Below are positions 34,883-44,058 of a stretch of 64,000 nucleotides of DNA, one piece after another. The DNA comes from a virus (taxonomy: Duplodnaviria > Caudoviricetes): IMG/VR virus record IMGVR_UViG_3300033070_001299, positions 989 through 64,988 of that record; one strand, written 5' to 3'. The position numbers and the translations under genes were made by a program. The first letter of the stretch is position 1. Every line of letters starts with the position of its first letter. The notes beneath the pieces were generated by a model, which saw only the letters and a program-made list of their open reading frames with translations, was not told the origin of the DNA and did no database searches.

Positions 34883-35317
34883 ATGATCCACGACCCCACG
34901 ATCCCCGTCTCGGAGGTGGTGCGCGTCCGCCTGCTGGCCCTGATCGCGCGCGCGGGCACCAGCCCCACCGCGGTCTCGACCGGGATCGGCAAGACGCACA
35001 GCTACCTCGCGCGCAAGCTCGGCCCCCCCAGCGCCTCGGACGTGCGCCCGCTCACGACCGCCGACCTGGACGAGGTGCTGGCCTACCTCGGCCTGCCCGC
35101 CTCCGCGCTGCTCGAGCCCGTGCTCTGGCCCGGCGACCGCGAGTTGCTGGGCTGGATCGCCAGCCAGCCCGAGGTCGGCCGCACCGTGCGCGCCGCCGGC
35201 CGCGCCTACCCCGGCGCGAAGCGCGCCCTGGAGCGGCTCGCCGAGCAGCTCCTGGTCGACGAGCGCGACGAGATCCTTCACCTGACCGACGGCGGCCGCG
35301 CCTGCGCGGCGGCCTGA
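34883..35317 (+). CDS. XRE/Cro-like HTH regulator with C-terminal winged-helix-like part
   Basis: SPTAVSTGIGKTHSYLARKL...LTTADLDEVLAYLGL. Confidence 0.65.
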   Translation: MIHDPTIPVSEVVRVRLLALIARAGTSPTAVSTGIGKTHSYLARKLGPPSASDVRPLTTADLDEVLAYLGLPASALLEPVLWPGDRELLGWIASQPEVGRTVRAAGRAYPGAKRALERLAEQLLVDERDEILHLTDGGRACAAA

Positions 35318-35358
35318 ACCACGACCCCGCGCGACCAAGCGGGGGAGGAGACCCGACC

Positions 35359-36453
35359 ATGGCCCAGCCCCGACCGGCGCCCCAGGCGCCACCCCAGCAG
35401 CCGCCCGAGCCCACCCCCGAGGAGCGTCGCCGCGCCGAGTGGGAGTTCGTGACGCGCCGCATCGACCCCGCAACCTACGGACTGCCCGGCGACCTCGTGA
35501 CCGACACCGCCGTCGCGCGGCTGGCGCTCGTCCGCGCCGTGGACGCCGGCCTGAACGTGCTGGCGCCCGAGGTGCGGATCGAGCACATCCCGCGGCACTA
35601 CGGGATCAGCTTCCGCCTCGTGGCCTTCGACGCGCGCTTCTCCAGGGATCAGCAGGACGCAAAGTCTAACGGGCTCTGGTACATCGACAGCGGCAAGCTC
35701 GCGATGCACTGGAGCGCGATCAACCTGCTCGCCCAGGTGACCGGGATCGAGTGGCTGGAGAGCACCCGCGTCGACCAGGGCGAGACCAAGCTGGTCTGGC
35801 GCTACCGCGCCGCGGCCTCGATCCGCTACTTCAACGGCCAGCGCCGCACCGAGCGGGCGAACAAGGAGCTGGACCTGCGCGACGGGTCGGCTGCGTCCAA
35901 CGGTATGGCCTCGCCGGCACAGCTCGCGAAGGCGCGCATGGCCGGCGCCGAGCTGTGCGAGAGCCGCGCGAAGGCCCGCGTCGTGCGCGCCCTGCTGGGC
36001 CTGCAGGCCGCCTACCACCGCGATCAGGCGGGCGAGCCCTTCGTCTGGCCGGCGCTGGTGTTCTGCCCGCCGCCCGACCCCCGGATCGACCTGCTGCTGG
36101 CGATGGAGGAGCTTGGGATCAGCGCCCGCCTCTTCGGCCCAGGCGGCCCCGTGCTGGCCGACCCCGGCGCCCTGGCCGCGCTCCCGGGCCCGGCGGCCCA
36201 GCAGCCCGCCGAGGCGCCGCCGCCCGCCCCAGCGGCGCCCCAGGCGGCGCCCCAGGCGCCCCCCCAGCAGCAGCCGGAGCCCGAGCAGGTGCTGGAGGAG
36301 GAGCCCATGCCCGACGACACCTGCGAGGAGCCCGGGTGCGGCGCCCACGTCTCGGACGACCTGGCGCAGTGGTGCTCCAGGAACCTCGGCGTGATCCTCT
36401 GCAGGCCCCACGCGAAGGCCGAGCAGAAGCGCCGCCAGGGCGGGGGGCGCTGA
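35359..36453 (+). CDS. putative single-strand annealing protein (Rad52/Sak-like)
   Basis: LLAQVTGIEW, KELDLRDG, CESRAKARVVRALLGL; precedes sbcD/sbcC. Confidence 0.5.
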   Translation: MAQPRPAPQAPPQQPPEPTPEERRRAEWEFVTRRIDPATYGLPGDLVTDTAVARLALVRAVDAGLNVLAPEVRIEHIPRHYGISFRLVAFDARFSRDQQDAKSNGLWYIDSGKLAMHWSAINLLAQVTGIEWLESTRVDQGETKLVWRYRAAASIRYFNGQRRTERANKELDLRDGSAASNGMASPAQLAKARMAGAELCESRAKARVVRALLGLQAAYHRDQAGEPFVWPALVFCPPPDPRIDLLLAMEELGISARLFGPGGPVLADPGALAALPGPAAQQPAEAPPPAPAAPQAAPQAPPQQQPEPEQVLEEEPMPDDTCEEPGCGAHVSDDLAQWCSRNLGVILCRPHAKAEQKRRQGGGR

Positions 36454-37751
36454 TGAGGATCGCCCACGCCTCCGACCTCCACGTCACCGAGGGGCCGCGG
36501 CTGGCCGATCAGGCCGAGACGCTCTCGGGCATGGTCGACGCCATGCTCGAGGCCCGCCCCGATCTGGTACTGCTCACCGGGGACTTCTACGGGCGGACGG
36601 TGCCGCACCGCTCCAGCCCGCTTGAGCGGGCCGTGCTGTTCCCCGCCGTGGTCCGGCTGGCGGGCGTCGCGCCCGTCGTCGTGGTCTACGGCAACCACGA
36701 CCACGACCCCGACCTGGACGCCCTGGAGCACCTCGGCGGCGAGTGGCCGGTGATCGTGGTGAAGACCGCCCGCGTGGTCGAGGTGCCCACCCCGGCCGGC
36801 GTCGCGCACGTCTACGCGATCCCCTACCCGAGCAAGCGCTGGCTGCTGGCGGGCGAGGACGCCCCGCGCGGGCTGGCGGAGAGCCAGCGCCTCGTCGGAG
36901 ATCGCCTGGGCGCGCTGGTCGGCCTGTGGGCGCACCGGATCCGCCGCCGCCGCGCCACCGCGCCGGCCGAGGTCCACGTCCTGGCCGCGCACCTCCAGGT
37001 CGCGGGCTCGAGCACGGCCGGCGGCGAGGTGCTGGCCGGCCAGGAGATCGAGCTTACCCCGGCGCAGCTCGACGGCCTGCCCGTGGACTACGGCGCGCTG
37101 GGCCACCTGCACCTCCGCCAGGAGCCCGCGCTGCGTTGCTGGTATCCGGGCAGCCCCTGGAGGAACGACTACGGCGAGGTCGATCCCAAGGGCTGGCACC
37201 TCGTAGAGGTCATGGCGGGCACAACGGCGCATCGTGCCGACGTCAACCTTGGCGCTGAGGAGGCGTTCTACCCCGGCGGCGCTGCGCATGGTCGACACCC
37301 TGCTCGCGTCCAGCGCCGCGCCACGCGCTGCAGGGACTTCCTGACCCTGGACTGGCGCTGGGCGGCCGACCATGAGGACGGGGCGCCGCGCTGGATCACG
37401 CGCCCCAGCGACGCGGACCTGACCGCCGCGGCCGGCGCCGAGGTGCGCGCGCGGCTGGTCGTGCCCGAGCAGTGGGTAGCCGGCTGCCCCTGGGCGGACG
37501 AGCTGGGCCGGCTGGCGCTCGCGGGCGCCCACCGCGTCCAGGCCGAGAAGAAGATCGAGCCCACCCTGCGCGTCCGCGCGCCCGAGGTGGCCGCCGCACC
37601 GAACCACCGCGAGGAGCTGCTGGCCTACTGGAGCACGCTCGCCACACAGCCCGACGCGCTGGAGCAGCAGGCGGCGCTCGACCTGCTGGCCGAGATGGAG
37701 GCCGGCGACGACGAGGCCCTGACCGTGGAGACGCGCGCCGCGCTGGCGTGA
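36453..37751 (+). CDS. sbcD: SbcD/Mre11-like metallophosphoesterase nuclease
   Basis: HASDLH, LTGDFY, YGNHD, AAH, ALGHLH, YPGSP. Confidence 0.9.
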   Translation: MRIAHASDLHVTEGPRLADQAETLSGMVDAMLEARPDLVLLTGDFYGRTVPHRSSPLERAVLFPAVVRLAGVAPVVVVYGNHDHDPDLDALEHLGGEWPVIVVKTARVVEVPTPAGVAHVYAIPYPSKRWLLAGEDAPRGLAESQRLVGDRLGALVGLWAHRIRRRRATAPAEVHVLAAHLQVAGSSTAGGEVLAGQEIELTPAQLDGLPVDYGALGHLHLRQEPALRCWYPGSPWRNDYGEVDPKGWHLVEVMAGTTAHRADVNLGAEEAFYPGGAAHGRHPARVQRRATRCRDFLTLDWRWAADHEDGAPRWITRPSDADLTAAAGAEVRARLVVPEQWVAGCPWADELGRLALAGAHRVQAEKKIEPTLRVRAPEVAAAPNHREELLAYWSTLATQPDALEQQAALDLLAEMEAGDDEALTVETRAALA

Positions 37752-37786
37752 TTGCGCTTGCGATTTGCGCCGCCGTGGCGTATACG
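37736..37786 (+). promoter_or_regulatory. operator-class promoter TTGCGA-17-TATACG
   Basis: Operators at 37768 and 37736, both perfect. Confidence 0.75.
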
Positions 37787-37804
37787 ACGCTGGAGGAGCC
37801 CGCC

Positions 37805-38032
37805 ATGCCCGAGGACTGCCCGCCAACACAGCAGCGCGACGACGTGATCGGCGCGCCGATCCTGTCCGATCCCGCCCTGTGGGCGGCGATCATCGCCCTG
37901 CACATGCGCGGCGCGGCCGTCGCGCTCGGCCGCGAGCTGCGCGATCTGGGCCCCTGGAGCTTGCAGCCGGTGATCAACTGCCGATGCTCGCTCGTGATCA
38001 ACCTGCGCGACGACGAGGACGAGAATCCATGA
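37805..38032 (+). CDS. small hypothetical protein
   Basis: GGAGG RBS; ATGA overlap with sbcC. Confidence 0.55.
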   Translation: MPEDCPPTQQRDDVIGAPILSDPALWAAIIALHMRGAAVALGRELRDLGPWSLQPVINCRCSLVINLRDDEDENP

Positions 38033-40653
38033 GGCCGATCAGACTGCGGTTCAAGGGGATCACCCGCTACGCCTCCCCCGTGGAGCTTGACCTGTCCGAG
38101 CTGCCCCCGGGCCTCGTGGCCGTGCGCGGCGGCAACGGCGAGGGGAAGACCACGCTGCTCGACGTGCTCGGGCCCGCGCCGCTGTACCGGACCATGTCCA
38201 GCAGGCCGGGCAGCCTCAAGGACTGGGCCAGCAGCCGCGACGCGGAGATCGACCTGGAGCTGGCCTTCATGGGCCGGACCTACCGCCTGCTGGTGAACGT
38301 GGACCCCGGCGCGTCCGGCGGCCGCGGCAAGGAGGAGGCGTTCCTGTTCGAGGACGGCCAGCCCATCACCGCCGGACGCGTGAGCGACTACGACGAGGCC
38401 GTGGCGCGGATCTTCCCTGCGCAGTCCGTGTTCATGGCGGCCGCCTTCGCCGCCCAGGACCGCGGCGGCAACTTCTTCGCGCTCACGGTGCCCGAGCGAA
38501 AGGCCCTGTTCGCCCGGCTGCTGGGCCTGGGCGAGCTGGAGCGGCTGGCGGAGCGCGCCGCCGCCCAGCGCAAGATCCTCGACGGCGCCAGCGGCCGCCA
38601 CGAGGCCGAGGCCGCGCGCCTGGTCGCCGACCGCGCCACGGCGGCGGAGCTGGCGCGGGAGCGCGCCGGCCTGGAGGCGGCCGTGGCCGAGGCCGCCGCC
38701 GCGCACGCCGCGGCCGCGTCGAGCGCCCAGGTCTACGCCGACGAGCTGGCCCAGGCCCGAGCCCGCCTGGAGCAGCTCACCGCCGCGCGGGAGCGCGCGC
38801 TCCAGGAGCGGCGCCGGCACGAGGAGGTCCGCGACCGCGAGGCTGCGGAGGCGGCCAGCACCGAGCGCCGAGCCGAGGATCGCGCCGCCCAGGCCGCGAC
38901 GGAGGCCGCCGCCCGCGCCGCCGCCGCCGAGGAGGCCGAGGCCGAGCGCGCGCTGGCGCAGGCCGGGGAGGCCGAGCGCGCCGCCGCCGCCGCCCTCGCG
39001 GCCCGCGCCGAGGCGGCCAACCAGGCCCACGAGGCCCTCCAGGCCGCTCGCCAGGAGTGGCAGCGGGCCCGCGCCCGCGTCCAGGAGGGCGAGCGCGCCG
39101 AGGCGGAGCTGCCCGGCCTGGAGGCCGCCTCCCGCGCGCTCGAGGCCGCCCGCGCCGAGGCGGCGCAGCTCCGCCAGCAGGCCCAGGAGGGCCGCGCCGG
39201 GCTGGGGCCAGCGCTGCGCAACGCCACCAACGGGAGCGGGGCCGCGGCCCTGGCCGAGCGGGCGGCTGGCGACGCGCTGCGCACGGCGGAGGACCGCGCC
39301 GCCCTGGCCGAGCGCGTGCCGTGCGGCGGGCGCGTGATCCTGGACGCCACCGAGGCGCGGGCGAACCGCATGCCCAAGCCGATCAACTGCGGGGACTGCG
39401 TGCTGCTGGCCGACGCCACGGCCGCGCGGGAGCAGCTCGCGGAGCTGCGCGCCCAGGTAGAGGCCGCACGCGCCAAACGCGCCGAGGCCGAGTTCGTCCT
39501 GGCCTCCCTGCGCGACCAGGACGAGAAGCTGGTCGCCGTGGAGAAGCGCGCGGCCGCGGCTACCACGCGGGCCGACGGGCTGGCCGGCGCCGACGTGAGC
39601 CTCGCCCGCGCCCAGGACAGGGCCCGCGCCCGCGCCGAGGCGCAGGTCCAGGCCGATGAGGCGGCCGAGCGCGGCCGCGTGCTGGGCGAGCGCGCTGCCC
39701 AGGCCGACGCGGCCCGCACCGACGCCCACGAGGCCCTCCAGGCCGCGCGCGGTGCCCTGGCCGCCGCCCAGGCCCGCGCCGCGGCCTCCAGGGGCGCGTC
39801 GGGCCGCCTGCGTGCCGTGGAGGCCGCCCTGGCCGAGCTGCCCCTGCTGCGCGAGGCAGCGGCCGCCAGGCGCCGCGCGGAGGCCGCCGCGGCCGCCCTG
39901 GCCGCCGCCGTGGCGGTGCCCGCCGAGCCCGAGGTGGCGCAGGCCCACGCCCGCGCCGTCGAGCTCCAGGACCGCGGGGCCCGCGCCGAGCTGGAGCGCG
40001 CCCGCGGCGCCGAGGCCGCCGCCCGCGGCGCGCTGGACCGGCTGCTGGGGCGCCTCGCCCAGCTCGGGGACCTCGACGCCCGCCAGCGGGAGCTCGACGC
40101 CAGGCGCGAGCGCGCCGCGCGCCGCCGCGCCGCCTGCGTGCTGCTGGAGCAGGGCTTCGGGCGCGACGGCGTCCAGGCGCTGAAGATCGACAGCGCCGGC
40201 CCCGAGGTGAGCGAGGTCTGCTCGTCGCTCCTGGAGGCGGTCTTCGGGCCGCGCTTCACGATCAACCTCCGCACGATCCAGGAGGGCGGGAAGGGCCGCG
40301 TGCAGAAGGAGGTCTTCGACGTCTCCGTGATCGACGCCCTGCGCGGCGGCGCCCGCGGCCACGAGGGGCTCAGCGGCGGCGAGCAGGTGCTGGTCCACGA
40401 GGCCCTCATGCTGGCGCTCGCGGTCTTCAACGCCCGCCGCCAGGGCCGCGTCTTCGAGACGCTCTGGCGCGACGAGTGCGACGGCGCGCTGTCCGAGGAA
40501 ATGGCCGCGCTCTACCCGACCATGCTGCGCCGGGCGCTGGAGCTTGGCGGCTTCCGCAACGTGATCTTCATCACGCACCGCCCGGCGGTCTGGCTGCAGG
40601 CCGACGCCGAGGTGCTCGTCGAGGGCGGCCGCGCCGCCCTGTCCATCCTGTAG
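38029..40653 (+). CDS. sbcC: SbcC/Rad50-like SMC ATPase
   Basis: Walker A GGNGEGKTT, long coiled coil, central Cys cluster, LSGGE signature, WRDECDG Walker B, FITH. Confidence 0.9.
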   Translation: MRPIRLRFKGITRYASPVELDLSELPPGLVAVRGGNGEGKTTLLDVLGPAPLYRTMSSRPGSLKDWASSRDAEIDLELAFMGRTYRLLVNVDPGASGGRGKEEAFLFEDGQPITAGRVSDYDEAVARIFPAQSVFMAAAFAAQDRGGNFFALTVPERKALFARLLGLGELERLAERAAAQRKILDGASGRHEAEAARLVADRATAAELARERAGLEAAVAEAAAAHAAAASSAQVYADELAQARARLEQLTAARERALQERRRHEEVRDREAAEAASTERRAEDRAAQAATEAAARAAAAEEAEAERALAQAGEAERAAAAALAARAEAANQAHEALQAARQEWQRARARVQEGERAEAELPGLEAASRALEAARAEAAQLRQQAQEGRAGLGPALRNATNGSGAAALAERAAGDALRTAEDRAALAERVPCGGRVILDATEARANRMPKPINCGDCVLLADATAAREQLAELRAQVEAARAKRAEAEFVLASLRDQDEKLVAVEKRAAAATTRADGLAGADVSLARAQDRARARAEAQVQADEAAERGRVLGERAAQADAARTDAHEALQAARGALAAAQARAAASRGASGRLRAVEAALAELPLLREAAAARRRAEAAAAALAAAVAVPAEPEVAQAHARAVELQDRGARAELERARGAEAAARGALDRLLGRLAQLGDLDARQRELDARRERAARRRAACVLLEQGFGRDGVQALKIDSAGPEVSEVCSSLLEAVFGPRFTINLRTIQEGGKGRVQKEVFDVSVIDALRGGARGHEGLSGGEQVLVHEALMLALAVFNARRQGRVFETLWRDECDGALSEEMAALYPTMLRRALELGGFRNVIFITHRPAVWLQADAEVLVEGGRAALSIL

Positions 40654-40661
40654 GAGGCTCC

Positions 40662-40874
40662 ATGCGCACTGGACATGTCGAGGATCTTGAAGAGGGCGAC
40701 GCCTGCCCGGCCTGCGAGGAGGGCTCGCTGGAACTCGTGCAGGGGCGCGACTGTTCCTGCCACATGAACCCGCCTTGCAGCTCCTGCGTCGAGGACTGCC
40801 TGAAGTGCGACGGGTGCGGCTGGCGCAGCGGCGACGGCTGGCCCGAGGCTGCCAGTCCCGAGGCCGCGCCATGA
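40662..40874 (+). CDS. small Cys-rich Zn-binding protein
   Basis: CPAC, CSCH..PPCSSC, CDGCGW; GGAGG RBS. Confidence 0.7.
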   Translation: MRTGHVEDLEEGDACPACEEGSLELVQGRDCSCHMNPPCSSCVEDCLKCDGCGWRSGDGWPEAASPEAAP

Positions 40875-41110
40875 GAGCGCCGCCGCGCAGCCTCCTGTTG
40901 ACCGTCCTGCTGCTGGGGCGCGACGTGGTGCGCGCCCGCACCGGCTGGCCGCCGGGCGGCCAGGGCGGCGGCGTGCTGCCCCCCAGCGCAGTCCCCCGGC
41001 GCGTCCTCCAGCCGCCCGGCCCCCTCGTGCTGGGGGCCCCGCCGTCGGCGTCCTGCACCTGGCCCGACTGCTGCTGCCCCTTCGGGCCGCGCTGCGGGAG
41101 CCCGGAGTGA
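40871..41110 (+). CDS. hypothetical protein
   Basis: ATGA overlap with the upstream gene; Pro-rich. Confidence 0.4.
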   Translation: MRAPPRSLLLTVLLLGRDVVRARTGWPPGGQGGGVLPPSAVPRRVLQPPGPLVLGAPPSASCTWPDCCCPFGPRCGSPE

Positions 41111-41112
41111 GT

Positions 41113-41146
41113 GGGGCCGCACCCCCCGACCAGCGGGTGCGGCCCC
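41113..41146. terminator. perfect 12-bp hairpin, possible terminator
   Basis: GGGGCCGCACCC-10 nt-GGGTGCGGCCCC just after the stop; no U-tract. Confidence 0.45.
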
Positions 41147-41229
41147 GGAACAGGAGCGGTGATCCGATCTGCACCACCGGGGCCGGCGACCAAACCGACC
41201 CCAGCCCCCAGAAGGTAGCGGATCACGAC

Positions 41230-41258
41230 TTGCACCGCAAGCCAGCGCAGAGCATAGT
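41230..41258 (+). promoter_or_regulatory. promoter TTGCAC-17-CATAGT for the replication operon
   Basis: GACTTGC -35 context shared with other promoters; no operator. Confidence 0.45.
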
Positions 41259-41300
41259 CCAGCCTACCGACCACCCCGACCCCGTGAAGGATCCCCGCGC

Positions 41301-42329
41301 TTGACCACCGCGGCCCTCCCCATCCCCGCCGCCCTGGCGGCCGACTTCGCCGCGCGCCGCAACGGCGCCGAGGCGCGCCTGCGCTGCTACGTGCTGCTGG
41401 CCCAGGCCGGGCCGGGCGCCAGCGTGGCCGACGTGGCGAAGGACGCGGGCGTGGGCCGGAGCACCGCCTACGAGCTCGCCGCCCTGGTGCGCCAGCTCGC
41501 GGACGCCGCGCGGACGAACGGCGGACAGACGGCGGACGCCAGCCGGACGCCCGAGCCAGCTACAACGCCAGCAGCGCGCGCGAGCGGCGGACGCTCGGCG
41601 GACGCCGGCCGGACGCCGCGCGGACGCCGCGCGGACGCCGCCGCGGCCCACGGACGCTCGGCGGACACTGACCGGCCTGCCGACCCGCCTCAAACGCCAT
41701 CACCAGCCCGAGCGGCCAGGCCAGCGGCGGACGATCCGCGGACTGCGGGCCAGAGCTGGGGAGCTGGCGTAGATCGTCGATCTGATCTTCAATCTCAACC
41801 TATAGGATCAGGAGAAGATCTGATCGATCAACGACCCGTGCAGCCCGCCCTCTTCGCTGGCCCGACCCCGGCCACCGCCGAGGGCCGCCGCCTGCTGGAG
41901 ATCCTCGCCCGCTGGTCCACCGAGCCGAAGCCGGCCCGCCGCCTGCGCGTCGACCTGGACGCCGATCTGGCGTGGTTCACCCGCCACGTCCTGGCGGCGC
42001 CCGAGCACGCTGGCGTCCCCGTGCTTGAGGCGCTGAACAAGTGGGACCTGTACCTGGAGGATCAGCACCGCAAGGCCGAGGCCGGCCAGCGGTCCACCTT
42101 CCCCAAGGTCTGGAAGACGAGCCTGCTGCGCGCCCTCGGCTTCGCCCGCGAGGACGAGGCCCGCCGCGCCGAGCGCGCCGCTGCCCGCGCCAGTGGTGAG
42201 CCGCCCCCGGTCGCCACCCGACCCGATCCCCACCGCCGCGGCGCCCACGCCGAGACGCCCCAGCCCTTCGAGATCCCCGTAGTCCAGGCCAAAGGCTCGA
42301 TGGACGACTGGGAGGAGAGCGCACCATGA
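41301..42329 (+). CDS. replication initiator/replisome organiser (N-terminal HTH)
   Basis: SVADVAKDAGVGRSTAYEL HTH; contains iteron array; followed by a DnaC-like gene. Confidence 0.65.
   Translation: MTTAALPIPAALAADFAARRNGAEARLRCYVLLAQAGPGASVADVAKDAGVGRSTAYELAALVRQLADAARTNGGQTADASRTPEPATTPAARASGGRSADAGRTPRGRRADAAAAHGRSADTDRPADPPQTPSPARAARPAADDPRTAGQSWGAGVDRRSDLQSQPIGSGEDLIDQRPVQPALFAGPTPATAEGRRLLEILARWSTEPKPARRLRVDLDADLAWFTRHVLAAPEHAGVPVLEALNKWDLYLEDQHRKAEAGQRSTFPKVWKTSLLRALGFAREDEARRAERAAARASGEPPPVATRPDPHRRGAHAETPQPFEIPVVQAKGSMDDWEESAP
41500..41830. other. putative replication origin (iterons + AT/GATC-rich unwinding element)
   Basis: 12 CGGAC cores with 11-bp phasing; 7 GATC within 41772-41829. 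Confidence 0.7.
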
Positions 42330-43336
42330 GCCACGCCCACGCCCACGCCCAGGGGGCCTTCGAGAACCCCTACCGCCCGCGCCCCGGCGACCCGCCCGCG
42401 CCGCCCCCGTCGCGGTGCTTCCGGTGCCAGGTGGAGATCCCGCCCGCCCCCTACCGCGCGGCCTCCGGGGCGCTGGACTGGTTCCCCGACTACCAGTGCC
42501 AGAAGTGCAAGGCCGAGGGCGAGCGCGAGGCGCACGAGGAGAAGTTCCGCGAGCTGCTGGCGGGCTCGAACCTGCCCGCCCGCTACAGCGGCTTCACCTA
42601 CCGGCGGATCAGCAAGCTTCGGCCTGGCGAGGACGTGGCGGCGCTTGCCCTGCGCCTGGAGGAGGCCCAGGCGCCCACGGTGGGGATCACGCCCTGGAAC
42701 GTGGCCGTCGCCACGATGCTCCGGGACTGGCGGCCGGGCCGCCGCTCGGTGTTCCTGACCGGGCCCGTCGGCGGCGGAAAGACCACGCTGGTCGCGGCCG
42801 CCCTGGTTGACCTCATGTGGGCGGGGACGACGGCCGTGTACCTGCCCGAGGCGGACCTGTACGCGCGGCTCCGGCGGATCGCCGCCCAGCCGCGGGAGCG
42901 CCCGGCGAATAGCTTCCTCGGCGCCGGCACCTCGCGCGAGGTGGACATCCTGGCCGTCGCGAAGGCGACGCCCGTGCTGGCCCTGGACGACCTGGGCGCG
43001 GCCGAGCGCCTGGAGGCGTGGCAGCGCGACGCAATCGAGGCCCTCGTGTGCGCCAGGTACGACCGCGCCCTGCCCATGCTGATCACGAGCAACTACGACC
43101 TGCGCCAGATCGCCAACCTCCACGGCGAGCGCGTCGCCAGCCGCCTGTCCGAAATGTGCCGCCAGCAGGTGCAGCTCACCGGCTACGACTGGCGCACCGG
43201 GCACCAGCACGCGGCGCCCAAGGCCGCCCCACCCCCCAGGCCGCCCCCCGACCTGTTCCGCCGCCAGAACGGCGGCGCTTCCCAACCACGAGACTACAAG
43301 CGCGACGCCGCTGGCGACCGCGACGACGAGGACTGA
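42326..43336 (+). CDS. DnaC/IstB-like AAA+ helicase loader
   Basis: N-terminal CxxC..CxxC; LTGPVGGGKTT; LALDDLG; ITSN; SRLSEM. Confidence 0.85.
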   Translation: MSHAHAHAQGAFENPYRPRPGDPPAPPPSRCFRCQVEIPPAPYRAASGALDWFPDYQCQKCKAEGEREAHEEKFRELLAGSNLPARYSGFTYRRISKLRPGEDVAALALRLEEAQAPTVGITPWNVAVATMLRDWRPGRRSVFLTGPVGGGKTTLVAAALVDLMWAGTTAVYLPEADLYARLRRIAAQPRERPANSFLGAGTSREVDILAVAKATPVLALDDLGAAERLEAWQRDAIEALVCARYDRALPMLITSNYDLRQIANLHGERVASRLSEMCRQQVQLTGYDWRTGHQHAAPKAAPPPRPPPDLFRRQNGGASQPRDYKRDAAGDRDDED

Positions 43337-43338
43337 CC

Positions 43339-44058
43339 ATGCAGGACCACCGCCTCTCCCCCGAGCAGCTCCGCGACGCCGCGCTCTCGCGCGTCCCCCT
43401 CCGCTTCCAGCTCCGCGAGCCCGGCCACCCGGCCGACGGCGCCGTGCTGCTGGGCCTCGTGCTCCACGAGGCGACCGTGCCCGCCCGCGGCGACCGGCCC
43501 GAGCGGCGCGGCTGGCTGATCCTGCTCCACGCCCCGCCGCCCAACGGGCGCGGCCCGACCACGCTGGTCGCGCTGCCCGGCACGCTGCGCCCCATTGAGG
43601 CGGAGCCGGCGCCGCGCGTGCTGCCGGTCTTCGGGCCCGATCCCCTCGCCGCGCTGCCCCAGCCCGGCCACCCGCTCCGGCTGGCCGAGGCGATGCTGGT
43701 CTACGCCCGCCTCGGCAAGCTGGTCGGGATCGACTACGGCGAGCCCCGCCCGGTGCCCAGGCCGGCGGGGCGCGACGCCCTGGACATCGCCAAGCTCGGC
43801 CTGTTCCGCGAGGCGACGCAGGACGCCCTCCAGGAGTGCCGCCGCCTGATCCGCCCCCTGGCCGTGGTGGACGGCCTGCTGCACGCCATGGACTACCCAA
43901 ACAGCGATCCGGCGGCCGAGCCCCGCTGGCGCAGCTTCACGCTCGCCAAGGTGGCGGCGCCGCGCTGGGGCGCGACCAGCGGCCTCCCGGCCTGGGCCGA
44001 GGGCGAGGGCTACGTGGACGCCGAGCCGCCGCCAGCGGCGCCCCAGGCCGCGCAGTGA
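43339..44058 (+). CDS. WYL-like domain protein
   Basis: LVGIDY...RRLIRPLAV..LLHA.D....WRSFTLAKV follows the WYL pattern. Confidence 0.55.
   Translation: MQDHRLSPEQLRDAALSRVPLRFQLREPGHPADGAVLLGLVLHEATVPARGDRPERRGWLILLHAPPPNGRGPTTLVALPGTLRPIEAEPAPRVLPVFGPDPLAALPQPGHPLRLAEAMLVYARLGKLVGIDYGEPRPVPRPAGRDALDIAKLGLFREATQDALQECRRLIRPLAVVDGLLHAMDYPNSDPAAEPRWRSFTLAKVAAPRWGATSGLPAWAEGEGYVDAEPPPAAPQAAQ

Noticed and set aside
6265-41274. Very long minus-strand ORFs (e.g. 6265-9708, 11381-15874, 28730-32002, 37396-41274)
   Set aside because: Antisense shadows of GC-rich + strand genes: low-complexity G/A/R translations, no motifs, fully overlapping well-supported genes
41107-41304. 65-aa ORF before the initiator
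   Set aside because: Spans a hairpin and promoter, no RBS, atypical composition
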